A stretch of DNA of 64,000 bases from Microscillaceae bacterium (GCA_012031215.1 JAAUUB010000001.1:34395-98394); one strand, 5' to 3'. Shown: positions 1 through 10,636, counted from the stretch's first letter. Program-made: numbers and translations. Notes: generated by a model from the sequence alone, not told the origin.

Positions 1-1070
1 CGGGTACTTTCATTTTGATGCACATGGGTCGTCCCTGGCTGGCTTACTGGGCCTTACCGCTTCCCAATACTTATGGTTCACTTTGGGTAAATTTCAATTC
101 ACCCCTGGTTTGGGATGTTTTTGCCATCAGTACTTACCTGACAGTCTCGCTGGTCTTTTGGTACATTGGATTGATTCCTGACTTGGCCACGATTCGTGAG
201 CGGGCCAAAAACCCCGTGGCACGCTTTATCTATGGTTTATTGAGTTTTGGCTGGGACGGTTCGGCCAAGACCTGGGCCAGGTATGAAATGGTGGCCCTTG
301 TATTGGCAGGTCTTTCTACTCCCCTTGTGCTCTCGGTGCATACCATTGTAAGTTTTGACTTTGCCACTTCGGTCATTCCTGGCTGGCACACGACTATCTT
401 TCCTCCCTATTTTGTGGCGGGCGCTATCTTTTCTGGCTTTGCGATGGTACTTACCCTGATGCTGGTTACCCGTTACGTTTTCAAGCTGGAACCCTACATC
501 ACGCTGGGCCACATTGAATCAATGAATAAGATTATTCTTTTGACAGGTTCTATTGTGGGGATTGCCTACATGACGGAATTTTTCATCGCTTGGTATTCCG
601 GGGTTCCCTATGAGCGCTATGCATTTATCAACCGGATGTTTGGGCCTTACTGGTGGGCTTACTGGTCAATGATGACTTGTAATGTGATTTCGCCCCAGTT
701 TTTCTGGTTCCGGGCGATGCGTCGCAACATTTACGTAACTTTTGCTTTGTCTATTGTGGTCAATATTGGGATGTGGTTTGAGCGTTTTGTGATTATTGTT
801 ACCTCACTGCACCGTGATTACATTCCCTCGAGCTGGACGATGTTCTGGCCTACTTATGTAGATGTAGGGGATTATCTCTTTACCTTTGGCTTCTTCTTTA
901 CGGCATTTTTGCTTTTTGCGAAGTTCTTGCCAGTGGTGAATATGGCCGAAGTGAAAGCGGTATTGAAGTCATCTAATGAAGATTCAGCGAAACACTACAT
1001 TGAGGAAGTGCCTGCCAAAGAAGAGGTGGTCAATTCATCGCTGAGCAGTGAGAAAACCGAAGAAAGATAA
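1..1070 (+). CDS. actC: Alternative complex III subunit ActC (NrfD/PsrC-like polytopic quinol-oxidising membrane subunit). It is 5'-partial; the gene continues upstream of the window.
   Basis: ORF 15..1070 is open to the window edge. The protein is highly hydrophobic and multi-TM, with the aromatic-rich NrfD-like composition. It is followed in order by the ActD, ActE and ActF equivalents. Confidence 0.75.
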   Translation, partial: GTFILMHMGRPWLAYWALPLPNTYGSLWVNFNSPLVWDVFAISTYLTVSLVFWYIGLIPDLATIRERAKNPVARFIYGLLSFGWDGSAKTWARYEMVALVLAGLSTPLVLSVHTIVSFDFATSVIPGWHTTIFPPYFVAGAIFSGFAMVLTLMLVTRYVFKLEPYITLGHIESMNKIILLTGSIVGIAYMTEFFIAWYSGVPYERYAFINRMFGPYWWAYWSMMTCNVISPQFFWFRAMRRNIYVTFALSIVVNIGMWFERFVIIVTSLHRDYIPSSWTMFWPTYVDVGDYLFTFGFFFTAFLLFAKFLPVVNMAEVKAVLKSSNEDSAKHYIEEVPAKEEVVNSSLSSEKTEER

Positions 1071-1094
1071 ACAAAACCTAAAGCCCGAAAAGAC

Positions 1095-1634
1095 ATGGCA
1101 CATAGTAAAGAGCCAAAAAAATTCCTGGTAGGCATCTTCGATGATGAAGATGTATTGATTCCTGCTGTCAAAAAGCTTCGCGCCAGTGGTGTAAAAATTC
1201 ACGAGGTTTATACTCCTTATCCGGTGCACGACCTGGACGTATATTTGGGCTATAAGCGTTCGCGGCTGTCCAAAGCGGCCTTTATCTTTGGGGCAACGGG
1301 TACTTTGCTGGCTATCTTGATGCAGTCGTTCATGCTGGGTTTTTCCTGGCCAATGAATATCGGAGGCAAAGATCACCTGGCTTACCCTGATTTTGTGCCC
1401 GTAACTTTTGAGCTTACGGTACTGCTCGCCGCTCTGGGCATGGTAGCTACTTTTTTGATTTCCAATAACTTAGGTCCGGGAAAGCAAGCCCTGATGTTTG
1501 ACCCACGCAGCACAGACGATAAATTTGTGATGGCTATTGAACTGGAAAAAAACCACCAGTTTACCCAAATGCAAATTGAAGAACTGCTCTTGCAACATGG
1601 CGTTTCAGAAAAGCCAAAAGAAAAAGAAGTCTAA
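1095..1634 (+). CDS. actD: ACIII subunit ActD (DUF3341-type small membrane subunit)
   Basis: 179 aa, with a soluble N-terminal domain followed by two TM helices. It lies between the NrfD-like and cytochrome c genes, as in canonical act operons. Confidence 0.7.
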   Translation: MAHSKEPKKFLVGIFDDEDVLIPAVKKLRASGVKIHEVYTPYPVHDLDVYLGYKRSRLSKAAFIFGATGTLLAILMQSFMLGFSWPMNIGGKDHLAYPDFVPVTFELTVLLAALGMVATFLISNNLGPGKQALMFDPRSTDDKFVMAIELEKNHQFTQMQIEELLLQHGVSEKPKEKEV

Positions 1635-1651
1635 CTCTCAAATCAAAAAAG

Positions 1652-2368
1652 ATGAAACCTTATATTGTTTTACTGTGCTTAAGCATCTGGGTTTTGGCGG
1701 CTTGCCAACGTGACCCCAATGACCCAGGTACGGAGTTTGCTCCTCAAATGTATTTGTCCAAGTCCTATGAACCTTACACCCAAACGGAAGCCCACAAAAT
1801 CAACCCGCTGGGATTAAATATGCGTGAGCCTGCCCCCAATACTGTTCCACGTCGCCGTTTTGACCCTGTCTTTGAGTCTAAGGATTCTACGGGTAAAATG
1901 ATTCGCCGGGTGGATGTGATGGCTTATGACATTCCGCGCGATGATGCCGGGCGTGAACTGGCGGACAAGATACTCTTCAATCCTCTACCGGTCAATGAAG
2001 TGGTATTGGCCGAGGGCAAAGTACTTTATGAGCGTTTTTGTACCGCTTGCCACGGGGCCGAAGGCAAAGGTGATGGAAAAGTGGCGGCCAAGTACAAAGG
2101 AGTGGCCAATCTTACCGGAGCAGCTTATGCCAATCACAGTGCCGGGCGCATTTTTCATGTCATTACCAATGGTAAAGGACTGATGTGGCCGCATGGAGCG
2201 CAACTTAATCCCGATGAACGCTGGAAAGTGGTGCATTATGTTCATAAACTGATGGGTAAGCTGCCTTCAAGCGAAGATAAGGTTGCACCTACGCCTGCCG
2301 ACACAAGTAAGAAGACGGAAACGGGCGCGCAGGCCGCAAAGAAAATAAGCAAAGGCAATCAATCCTAA
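1652..2368 (+). CDS. actE: ACIII monoheme cytochrome c subunit ActE (lipoprotein)
   Basis: Lipoprotein-type signal (LLCLSIWVLAAC). Single CXXCH motif (CTACHG) about 40 aa before a conserved Met region. Position is right after actD. Confidence 0.75.
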   Translation: MKPYIVLLCLSIWVLAACQRDPNDPGTEFAPQMYLSKSYEPYTQTEAHKINPLGLNMREPAPNTVPRRRFDPVFESKDSTGKMIRRVDVMAYDIPRDDAGRELADKILFNPLPVNEVVLAEGKVLYERFCTACHGAEGKGDGKVAAKYKGVANLTGAAYANHSAGRIFHVITNGKGLMWPHGAQLNPDERWKVVHYVHKLMGKLPSSEDKVAPTPADTSKKTETGAQAAKKISKGNQS

Positions 2369-2413
2369 GAACATTTCTGAAATCAAAAACTGATAAACAA
2401 AGCGCTTACTTTT

Positions 2414-3739
2414 ATGGCGGAAGGACCAAAGCTTACTATTGCAGATGAGAAGATGCAGTTTGAATTTACTCCCAGACTGCGTCGTAAAATATTTACTACG
2501 CTGGCTTTTGGCTTGGTGTTGTTATTGGCGGGCATTGGCCTGGAAGCCGCTGGGGTTTTTGCGGGAGGGCATGGTGCTGAGGAGCACGCGCTCTTGGGCG
2601 GGGGTGGAGATGCTCATGGTCACTATCACTGGACAAAGCGTTTGTGGGCTAATCTCTGGCTATGTTGTGTGTATTTTACTGGCATCGCCCTGGCAGGGGT
2701 TTTCTTTGTTTCGGTGAATTATGTAGCTTGGGCAGGCTGGTCGGCCCTCATCAAGCGGGTTCCTGAGGCCTTCGGGGGCTTTTTGCCTATCACCTTCGTT
2801 TTAATGCTGATTTTGTTCTTTGTCGCAGGCCACGATTTATTTCACTGGACCCACGAAGGTATTACCGACCCTAAGCATCCAAATTACGATGCTATTATTG
2901 CTAGCAAAGCAGCTTATCTGAATGTACCTTTCTTTTTAGGAAGAACAATCGTCTATTTTGGCCTTTGGTACTTGCTTTTTGCCTATTTCCGTAAGCTCTC
3001 TAAAAAAGAAGACCAGGTATCTGATTACCGGGCTTATCTCGAAAATCCAACTACTTACAATCGCCGGGTGTACTTTTCTGCGGTTTTTTTGGTAGTCTTT
3101 GCCGTTACCACGTCTATGGCGGCCTGGGATTGGGTGATGTCTATTGATACTCATTGGTTTAGCACTATGTTTGGGTGGTATAACTTTGCCAGTTGGTTTG
3201 TAGCGGGAATGGCTACTATCACCCTGGCCGTGATTTATCTGAAAGAATCTGGTTATCTCAAACTGGTCAACCAGCACCACCTCCATGATTTGGGCAAGTT
3301 TATGTTTGCTTTCAGCATTTTTTGGACATATATCTGGTTTTCACAGTTTTTACTGATTTACTATGCCCACATTCCCGAAGAAACTTTCTATTGGGAGCCG
3401 CGTCTTTTTGGGCATTATCGCGAGGTGTTTTTCCTTAATCTCTTTGTGAATTTCACCTTTCCTTTTCTGGCTTTGATGACCAAAGAATCGAAGCGGACAA
3501 CTATTTTCCTGAAAATTGCGGCCATTGCCATTTTGATAGGACATTATCTCGATTTTTATATGATGATTATGCCAGGCACAGTAGGCGATAACGCCGGGTT
3601 CTTCCTGTTGGAATTTGGGACATTGTCAATTTTTATAGCCGTATTTATTTTTATGGTGGCGCGTGGATTGGCCCAATTACCGCTGATTCCTAAAAATGAC
3701 CCTTATCTCAAAGAGAGTATATATTTTACCCAATTTTAA
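2414..3739 (+). CDS. actF: ACIII subunit ActF (second NrfD-like polytopic membrane subunit)
   Basis: 441 aa, 10 or more predicted TM helices, and an NrfD-like W/F/Y-rich pattern. It is the last gene before the oxidase genes, as in Rhodothermus/Flavobacterium act operons. Confidence 0.7.
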   Translation: MAEGPKLTIADEKMQFEFTPRLRRKIFTTLAFGLVLLLAGIGLEAAGVFAGGHGAEEHALLGGGGDAHGHYHWTKRLWANLWLCCVYFTGIALAGVFFVSVNYVAWAGWSALIKRVPEAFGGFLPITFVLMLILFFVAGHDLFHWTHEGITDPKHPNYDAIIASKAAYLNVPFFLGRTIVYFGLWYLLFAYFRKLSKKEDQVSDYRAYLENPTTYNRRVYFSAVFLVVFAVTTSMAAWDWVMSIDTHWFSTMFGWYNFASWFVAGMATITLAVIYLKESGYLKLVNQHHLHDLGKFMFAFSIFWTYIWFSQFLLIYYAHIPEETFYWEPRLFGHYREVFFLNLFVNFTFPFLALMTKESKRTTIFLKIAAIAILIGHYLDFYMMIMPGTVGDNAGFFLLEFGTLSIFIAVFIFMVARGLAQLPLIPKNDPYLKESIYFTQF

Positions 3740-3802
3740 AAACATTCTCGGACAACAAGTTCTTAAGTTTAGACAATTAAGGACTTACAAGCAATTATCA
3801 TT

Positions 3803-4861
3803 ATGAGTGGATTAATCATTGGTTTAGTAGCCGCCCTGATTTTGGTGATTTTGTTTATGCTTTTTCGCATTCAGGCACTTATCACAATTGCGAAAGGTGG
3901 AGATAGACCAGTAGGGACAAGTAATAAGGTAAATGGGGCATTGATGCTCATTGTGCCTATCGTATTGCTGGCACTGGTTGCCTGGTATTCGCCCATTGCG
4001 GCCCGCAATTTTTTGCCTGAGGCATCTTCTGTACATGGTGTAGTAACCGATAATTTGTTTTGGGTTACCATCACCGTCATTTCTTTGATGTTTTTGATTA
4101 CTAATGCCGGGCTTTTCTGGTTTGCTTACAAATATCAATACAAAGAAGGTCGTCAAGCAAGTTTTTTTCACGATAATACCCGCCTAGAAGTATTTTGGAC
4201 TATTGTGCCTGCCGTGATTATGGCACTCTTGGTTTTCTTTGGTTGGAAAGCCTGGTCGGATATAACTTCTGAACCTCCAAAAGAAGCAATGGTAGTAGAA
4301 ATCATGGGTAAGCAATTTGCCTGGCAGGTGCGCTACCCTGGCGTGGACAAGCAGCTAGGTAGTTATGATTTTCGCTTGATTGATGATGTTGCTGGCAATG
4401 AATTCGGGATTGATTTTGAAGATAAAAAGGCTGAAGATGACTTTCTGGCCCGGGAAATGTATTTACCTAAGGGACAGCCAGTTTTGTTTAAAATTCGTGC
4501 CCGAGATGTATTGCACAGTGTTTTTGCCCCCCATTTTCGCCTAAAGATGGATGCTGTCCCTGGCATGCCTACTCAATTTCACTTTGTGCCTACAAAAACC
4601 ACTGAAGAGATGCGCTCTCAGCTCAACAATCCACAGTTTGATTATGAAATTGCTTGTACGGAAGTATGTGGGCGGGGACATTTCGCCATGAAGTTTAAGA
4701 TAGTGGTGGTTGAGCCGGAAGAATACAGGAAGTGGTATGCGGAACAACCTACTTTCTTGGAGCAAAATCCACAGTTTAAGGGCAAAGGCTTGTCCGATTT
4801 GCGCAAGAAAAACCTTGCAAAGCGGAATGCTGAGCAGATGAAAGAACAGGCAAGTTTGTAA
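3803..4861 (+). CDS. coxB: Cytochrome c oxidase subunit II (CuA centre; no fused cytochrome c domain)
   Basis: Two N-terminal TM helices. CuA ligand motif H...C-TEV-CGRGH-F-AM near the C-terminus. No CXXCH motif. Confidence 0.9.
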   Translation: MSGLIIGLVAALILVILFMLFRIQALITIAKGGDRPVGTSNKVNGALMLIVPIVLLALVAWYSPIAARNFLPEASSVHGVVTDNLFWVTITVISLMFLITNAGLFWFAYKYQYKEGRQASFFHDNTRLEVFWTIVPAVIMALLVFFGWKAWSDITSEPPKEAMVVEIMGKQFAWQVRYPGVDKQLGSYDFRLIDDVAGNEFGIDFEDKKAEDDFLAREMYLPKGQPVLFKIRARDVLHSVFAPHFRLKMDAVPGMPTQFHFVPTKTTEEMRSQLNNPQFDYEIACTEVCGRGHFAMKFKIVVVEPEEYRKWYAEQPTFLEQNPQFKGKGLSDLRKKNLAKRNAEQMKEQASL

Positions 4862-4900
4862 ATATAATCTTGAGTTTGAAATCTAAATTTTTTCTATACA

Positions 4901-6784
4901 ATGGCAACAGAATTTAACTTGACTACGCACGTAGAAGTGGATCACCAACACGACCACGACCACGAGCACCACGAAGAAGGGTTTATTCGTAAGTACATCT
5001 TCAGCGAAGACCACAAGATGATTGCTAAACAGTTCCTGTTCACGGGTTTGTTGTGGGCTTTTTTGGGGGGCGCTATGTCAGTAATTTTCCGTCTCCAACT
5101 GGGTTTTCCTGATTTAGAGCTTGGTTTTTTGAAGCCAATCCTCGGTAGTTGGATTGATGAAACCAATAAACTTGACCCTAATTACTATTTAGCCCTAGTT
5201 ACGATGCACGGAACCATCATGGTGTTTTTTGTGCTCACTGCTGGTCTAAGTGGTACTTTCAGTAATTTTCTTATACCGCTACAGATTGGAGCACGGGATA
5301 TGGCTTCTGGCTTTATGAATATGCTTTCTTTCTGGTTCTTTTTTGCGGCCAGCTTGGTCATGTTTGCTTCACTTTTCTTAGAAACTGGACCAGCCATGGG
5401 TGGATGGGTTGTGTATCCTCCTTTGAGTGCTCTGCCTGAAGCCGTTCCGGGTTCGGGTTCGGGGATGACCTACTGGCTTATCAGTATGGCTTTGTTTATT
5501 ATTTCTACGCTTCTAGGTGGTATTAATTACATCACTACTGTTATTAACATGCGTACGAAAGGAATGTCTTTCTCACGCTTACCTCTGACAATTTGGGCTT
5601 TTTTCCTAACGGCCATTATAGGTTTGTTGTCTTTCCCGGTATTATTTGCGGCGGCTCTTTTGTTGATTTTTGACCGCAGTTTCGGCACAAGTTTTTATCT
5701 GTCAGATATTTATATTGGTGGAGAAGCTTTGCATCATCAAGGAGGTTCAGCGATTCTGTACCAACATTTGTTTTGGTTTTTGGGTCACCCTGAGGTATAT
5801 ATCGTACTATTACCCGCCCTCGGAATCACCTCAGAAATTATTGCTACCAACTCACGCAAGCCTATATTTGGCTATCGGGCAATGATTGGCTCTATGATTG
5901 GCATCGCAATTTTGTCTTTCATCGTTTGGGCGCACCACATGTTTGTAACCGGGATGAATCCCTTTCTGGGTTCTATCTTTATGTTCCTTACTTTGATAAT
6001 TGCCGTTCCCTCGGCGGTAAAAGCCTTTAACTACATTACAACCTTGTGGCGTGGAAATATAATCTTTACTCCGGCTATGTTATTTTCCATCGGCCTGGTA
6101 TCTGTATTCATTTCAGGTGGGGTAACGGGTATTGTATTGGGCAATAACGCGCTGGATATCCAATTGCACGATACTTATTTTGTGGTAGCCCACTTCCACA
6201 TTGTGATGGGAAGTGCTTCATTCTTTGGCTTTATGGCGGGTGTTTATCACTGGTTTCCCAAAATGTTTGGCCGGATGATGGATGCAAAATTGGGTTATAT
6301 CCATTTCTGGCTCACTTTTATTGGGATTTATCTGGTATTTTTCCCAATGCACTACATCGGAATTGCCGGTTTCCCTCGTCGTTATTATTCTTTTACGAGC
6401 TTCCAGGCTTTCAATACTTTTGCCGACCTGAATATGTTCATTAGTGTTGCAGCTATCCTGACTTTTACGGCCCAAGCTATTTTCGCCTTCAATTTTGTTT
6501 GGAGTATTTTCCGTGGCCGCAAAGCTCCTTTGAACCCTTGGAACGCAAATACTTTGGAGTGGACTACTCCTCGCCTGCCTGGACACGGCAATTGGCCAGG
6601 TAAAATTCCCCATGTATATCGTTGGGCCTATGACTATAGTAAGCCCAATGCCGATAAAGATGGTTTTACAGATTTCATTCCCCAGCATATACCGCTTTCG
6701 CAAACTCCTCACTCAAACCTCGAGTATGAGAACGAATTGATGCAGAAGCAGAATGTTACGGATGATTTGAAAGTGAATGAGTAA
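4901..6784 (+). CDS. coxA: Cytochrome c oxidase subunit I (heme-copper oxidase catalytic subunit), with a His/Asp-rich N-terminal extension
   Basis: 627 aa, 12 or more TM helices. Carries the canonical HPEVY, WAHHMF and VVAHFH motifs (heme a/a3 and CuB ligands). Confidence 0.95.
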   Translation: MATEFNLTTHVEVDHQHDHDHEHHEEGFIRKYIFSEDHKMIAKQFLFTGLLWAFLGGAMSVIFRLQLGFPDLELGFLKPILGSWIDETNKLDPNYYLALVTMHGTIMVFFVLTAGLSGTFSNFLIPLQIGARDMASGFMNMLSFWFFFAASLVMFASLFLETGPAMGGWVVYPPLSALPEAVPGSGSGMTYWLISMALFIISTLLGGINYITTVINMRTKGMSFSRLPLTIWAFFLTAIIGLLSFPVLFAAALLLIFDRSFGTSFYLSDIYIGGEALHHQGGSAILYQHLFWFLGHPEVYIVLLPALGITSEIIATNSRKPIFGYRAMIGSMIGIAILSFIVWAHHMFVTGMNPFLGSIFMFLTLIIAVPSAVKAFNYITTLWRGNIIFTPAMLFSIGLVSVFISGGVTGIVLGNNALDIQLHDTYFVVAHFHIVMGSASFFGFMAGVYHWFPKMFGRMMDAKLGYIHFWLTFIGIYLVFFPMHYIGIAGFPRRYYSFTSFQAFNTFADLNMFISVAAILTFTAQAIFAFNFVWSIFRGRKAPLNPWNANTLEWTTPRLPGHGNWPGKIPHVYRWAYDYSKPNADKDGFTDFIPQHIPLSQTPHSNLEYENELMQKQNVTDDLKVNE

Positions 6785-7891
6785 ACGTTCTTTCTTTACA
6801 AATAATAGTGCGGTTATCTTCAGGAATCTGGGGATAACCACTATTTTTTCAGTGTATCTCTTGATTTTGATTGGCGGGGTAGTGCGGAGCACTGGTTCAG
6901 GAATGGGTTGTCCGGACTGGCCCAAATGCTTCGGACAGTGGATACCTCCCACGGAGGTTTCATCTTTACCCCTGAATTATAAAGAGATATACGCCCAAAA
7001 GCGGAAAGAGAAAAACTACCGACTGGCTACAATGCTGGAAAACTGGGGAATGAAAGAAACGGCCCAACGCTTGCGAGGAGACGCACAAACCTATGAAGAG
7101 GCAGATTTTAACGCCCTTAAAACTTGGATTGAATATATCAATCGACTGGTTGGGGTGCTGATTGGCTTTTTTATATTTCTCACTTTTCTCTTTTCTTTTG
7201 CTTACAGGAAAACCCGCCCGCTTGTTACTTGGAGCAGTTTTTTGGCTTTTGTCTTGGTAGGGGTGCAGGGCTGGATTGGGTCGGTGGTCGTTTCTACCAA
7301 TTTATTGCCTGGCTTGATTAGCTTGCACATGCTTTTGGCCATTGTGATTGTTTCTATTTTGATATATGCCGTTTTGCAGGGGCAACCCCCCCTTAGTGTT
7401 TCGCCAGATTCTCACCCCGCAAGGTTAAAAAAAATATTGCTTGTGGCGATGGCTTTGACCCTGGTACAGGTATTGATGGGTACACAGGTACGGGAGGGAA
7501 TTGATTTGGTGGCCAAAACGATGGGATGGGAAGCCCGCGCCCAGTGGGTCTGGCAGATAGGAAGTATTTTTTACGTGCATCGTTCTTTTTCTTGGCTTTT
7601 GCTTTTGGCACACGCCTATTTGATTTGGCAGGTATTTAAAGCTCCCGCTGTAAAAGAGGCCTTATGGCTAAGGAAAGGGCACTTTGGATGGGATTTTTTA
7701 TTTTTTTAGAAACCTGCATTGGCATCGGGCTTGCATATCTTGGTATGCCCCCTTTCTTGCAACCATTGCATCTACTCGTTGGGGTGATGATTTTGGGCTT
7801 ACAGTTTGCCAGTTGGATTCTTTTGTCATCGGCTCAACTAAACGAAACCAAATTAGTTTATAAAAGCAGCAACTCTATTGCCATCCAATGA
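6777..7891 (+). CDS. ctaA: Heme A synthase CtaA/COX15. An apparent frameshift near 7660-7700 splits it into ORFs 6777..7709 and 7664..7891.
   Basis: Multi-TM protein with a CPDWP-type Cys pair (GCPDWPKCFG). The downstream 75-aa ORF is a hydrophobic CtaA-like C-terminus (HLLVGVMILGLQF) and overlaps the ctaB start by 4 nt (ATGA), which indicates translational coupling. Confidence 0.7.
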
Positions 7892-8796
7892 ATACAATTG
7901 CCTCCGAAATTAATAGAAATGAGCTGGAACGAGTATCGCAGATGCAAAAAGCAAGGCAATACTTTGTATTGTTGAAACCCCGGCTTTCTTTTTTGGTTGC
8001 TTTTTCAGCGGGTTTTGGCTATCTATTGGGGGTAGAATCAAACTGGGCCTGGCTTAATTTCTTTGGCTTAATGCTGGGTGGTTTCCTCATTACCGGGGCA
8101 TCGGTGATTATTAACCAGATTTTAGAAAAAGATTTAGACCGATTGATGCGTCGCACGGCCCGCCGCCCATTGCCTGCCCAAACGCTCACCGTTTCCGAGG
8201 CCTCAAATTATGCTTTGTGGGTAGGTTTGCTGGGTTTTGTGTTGTTGATGGTTTTTACCAATTTGCTGACGGCTTTGCTCGCCTTATTTTCAGTTTTTTT
8301 GTACGGATTTATCTACACGCCTTTAAAACGCATGGGACCTATTGCGGTGATTGTGGGAGCCATTCCGGGTGCTTTACCCCCTGTATTGGGTTGGGTGGCT
8401 GCCACTGGCAAGTTAGGTTTTGAAGCTTTCATCCTTTTTACATTGCAGTTTGTATGGCAATTTCCGCATTTTTGGGCCATTGCCTGGGTTGCCGATGAGG
8501 ATTACCAAAGGGCAGGGTTCCGGCTTTTGCCTTCGCAAGGGGGAACTAATTTTAATTCCGCCTTCCAGATTTTTTTGAGTGCATTGTTTTTGATACCGGC
8601 AGGTTGGATGCCTTACCAATTAGGGCTCACAGGCTGGGCTTCGGCTTGGGTGGCTACCCTGGCAGCGGTATTATTCTGCTTGCCAGCTCTTTATTTACTC
8701 AAAACAAAAAGCCGAAAAACGGCTTTGCAAATTATGTTTGCTTCTTTCTTGTATTTACCCATTATTCAGATTGCATTTCTCTGGGACAAACTTTAA
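7888..8796 (+). CDS. ctaB: Protoheme IX farnesyltransferase (heme O synthase)
   Basis: UbiA-family prenyltransferase pattern (…NQILEKDLDRLMRRTARRPLP…) in a polytopic membrane protein, inside the cox cluster. Confidence 0.9.
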   Translation: MNTIASEINRNELERVSQMQKARQYFVLLKPRLSFLVAFSAGFGYLLGVESNWAWLNFFGLMLGGFLITGASVIINQILEKDLDRLMRRTARRPLPAQTLTVSEASNYALWVGLLGFVLLMVFTNLLTALLALFSVFLYGFIYTPLKRMGPIAVIVGAIPGALPPVLGWVAATGKLGFEAFILFTLQFVWQFPHFWAIAWVADEDYQRAGFRLLPSQGGTNFNSAFQIFLSALFLIPAGWMPYQLGLTGWASAWVATLAAVLFCLPALYLLKTKSRKTALQIMFASFLYLPIIQIAFLWDKL

Positions 8797-8799
8797 AAG

Positions 8800-9396
8800 A
8801 TGATGTTGGAAAGCAATTATACAATGGCCGAAGAGGCCCGCGAAACCCTGGCCATGCATCCGCAAAAATTTGCGATGTGGCTGTTTATTGTGAGCATTGT
8901 GATGCTTTTTGCCGCTTTTACCAGTGCTTATATCGTGCGGCAGGCCGAAGGCGACTGGCTTTTTTTTGAATTGCCTTCTCTTTTCTGGAGCAGTTCCTTG
9001 ATTTTGATTACCAGTAGTGGGACAATGCATTGGGCTTTGGTGAGTGCGCGAAAAGATAACCTGGGCACGCTCAAACTAGCCATTAGCTTGACTACGCTGT
9101 TGGGGCTGGGTTTTTTGGTGATGCAGTTCCTGGCCTGGAAAGATTTGGTAACCAACGGAATCTTTTTTGCTGGAAGCCAAGCAAATCCTTCTGGTTCGTT
9201 TTTGTATGTTATCACCGGAGTACACGGCTTCCATCTCATCAGTGGGCTTGTTTTTTTGTTGATTGCGCTCTACTCGGCATTTACTTATAGGATTCATGCC
9301 AAAAATCTTACCCGAATAGAGATGTGTGCCACATATTGGCATTTCTTAGACATTCTTTGGTTATATTTGTTCGGGTTTTTATTATTGAACAATTAA
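8800..9396 (+). CDS. coxC: Cytochrome c oxidase subunit III family protein (short paralog)
   Basis: 198 aa, 5 TM helices, subunit III-like conserved His and Trp positions (HGFHLISG, WHFLDILW). Confidence 0.8.
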   Translation: MMLESNYTMAEEARETLAMHPQKFAMWLFIVSIVMLFAAFTSAYIVRQAEGDWLFFELPSLFWSSSLILITSSGTMHWALVSARKDNLGTLKLAISLTTLLGLGFLVMQFLAWKDLVTNGIFFAGSQANPSGSFLYVITGVHGFHLISGLVFLLIALYSAFTYRIHAKNLTRIEMCATYWHFLDILWLYLFGFLLLNN

Positions 9397-9457
9397 GCAC
9401 CTTTTCTTAGGTTTGCAGTAAATTTTTTATTTTACATTTAAATCTGAAAACACGATT

Positions 9458-10224
9458 ATGGCAACTGTGGCTAGTTCAGAAAAAGGCATTGATTGGGGAG
9501 GTGGCAATATTCCTCTGCGGGCCAGTTGGGGTAAACTGATGATGTGGTTTTTTTGCTTTCTGACGCATTTAGTTTTTCTGCCCTTCTCATTTCTTATGGT
9601 TTGATACGCTACAGCCATCCGGCCTATGCGGGTGATGTAGAAGCTTTCAAGTTTTCGCATGAATATTGGCCCATACCGGAGAAAGTTTTTGAAGCAGTAC
9701 CTTTTCTGCACGGCATTGAGCTGCCCCTGGTCTTTGTAGGGATAATGACCTTCATCCTGATTATGAGCAGCGTAACAATGGTATTGGCAGTAGAAGCCGG
9801 CCATCGGCGCGACCGGGCCGACGTAGAAAAGTGGATGCTCTGGACTATTTTAGGCGGCATTACCTTTCTGGGCTGCCAGGCTTGGGAATGGACGCACTTC
9901 ATCCACGGAACAGACGGCGGAGGGGCCAAAGATTTCTACGGGAATGTGATTTATGGGGCCAATTTGCTCCAAAATCAATACGGTCCTACTCCCTTTGCCA
10001 ACCTGTTTTTCTTCATCACGGGCTTTCACGGTCTGCACGTTACCAGCGGGGTGGTGTTGAATATCATCATTTTCTATAATTCTGCAATGGGCATGTATGA
10101 CCGTCCGAACCGTAAAATTGATGAAGGTGCTGAGCCCTACGAGATGGTTGAGAAAGTAGGCCTTTACTGGCACTTTGTCGATTTGGTCTGGGTATTTGTA
10201 TTTACATTTTTCTACTTGGTTTAA
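9458..10224 (+). CDS. Cytochrome c oxidase subunit III family protein (second paralog). Frameshift in a T8 run near 9549-9556.
   Basis: N-terminal 30 aa (MATVASSEKGIDWGGGNIPLRASWGKLMMWFF) in one frame is continuous in sense with ORF 9544..10224 (LLSDAFSFSALLISYG…). Subunit III motifs FFFITGFHGLHVTSG and WHFVDLVW are present. Confidence 0.75.
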
Positions 10225-10243
10225 TTTCTAACCTATTGATACT

Positions 10244-10570
10244 ATGGCTGACGTACAACCGATTTCTAATGCCAATACGCCCCAGGAGATAGCCAAGCCT
10301 AACACGGCCATCATCTGGAAAACATTCTGGATTTTACTGGGCTTGACCGTACTGGAATTTATCATTGCTTTTACCTTGCCTGCTAATACTTTTCGGGTAG
10401 GTATCTTCGTAATCCTGACCATTGCAAAGGCCGCCTACATTGTAGGTGAGTTCATGCACCTGCGCCACGAGGTCAAGTTTTTGATTTGGACTATATTACT
10501 GCCGATGATTTTTGTGGTTTGGTTGCTTATCGCGCTTATTGCCGAGGGTGCTTCTATCTTCTTTGCCTAA
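10244..10570 (+). CDS. Cytochrome c oxidase subunit IV (caa3/aa3 CoxD-like small 3-TM subunit)
   Basis: 108 aa, three TM helices, positioned immediately after the subunit III genes. Confidence 0.65.
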   Translation: MADVQPISNANTPQEIAKPNTAIIWKTFWILLGLTVLEFIIAFTLPANTFRVGIFVILTIAKAAYIVGEFMHLRHEVKFLIWTILLPMIFVVWLLIALIAEGASIFFA

Positions 10571-10598
10571 TCATTCTGGGTATAAAACATTCATTTTC

Positions 10599-10636
10599 AC
10601 GGTTAGTTTATATATAATAAGCTAACCGTATTTTTT
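10599..10636 (+). terminator. Intra-operon hairpin plus T-run between coxIV and the SCO1-like gene
   Basis: ACGGTTAG-(15 nt)-CTAACCGT followed by T6, ending at the ATG. Confidence 0.4.

Noticed and set aside
237-512. Many 60-170-aa ORFs antisense to cox/act genes (e.g. 237..512, 2936..3286, 6218..6712)
   Set aside because: They are embedded in strongly supported membrane-protein genes on the opposite strand. Their Arg/Lys/His-rich composition is typical of antisense frames of hydrophobic genes.
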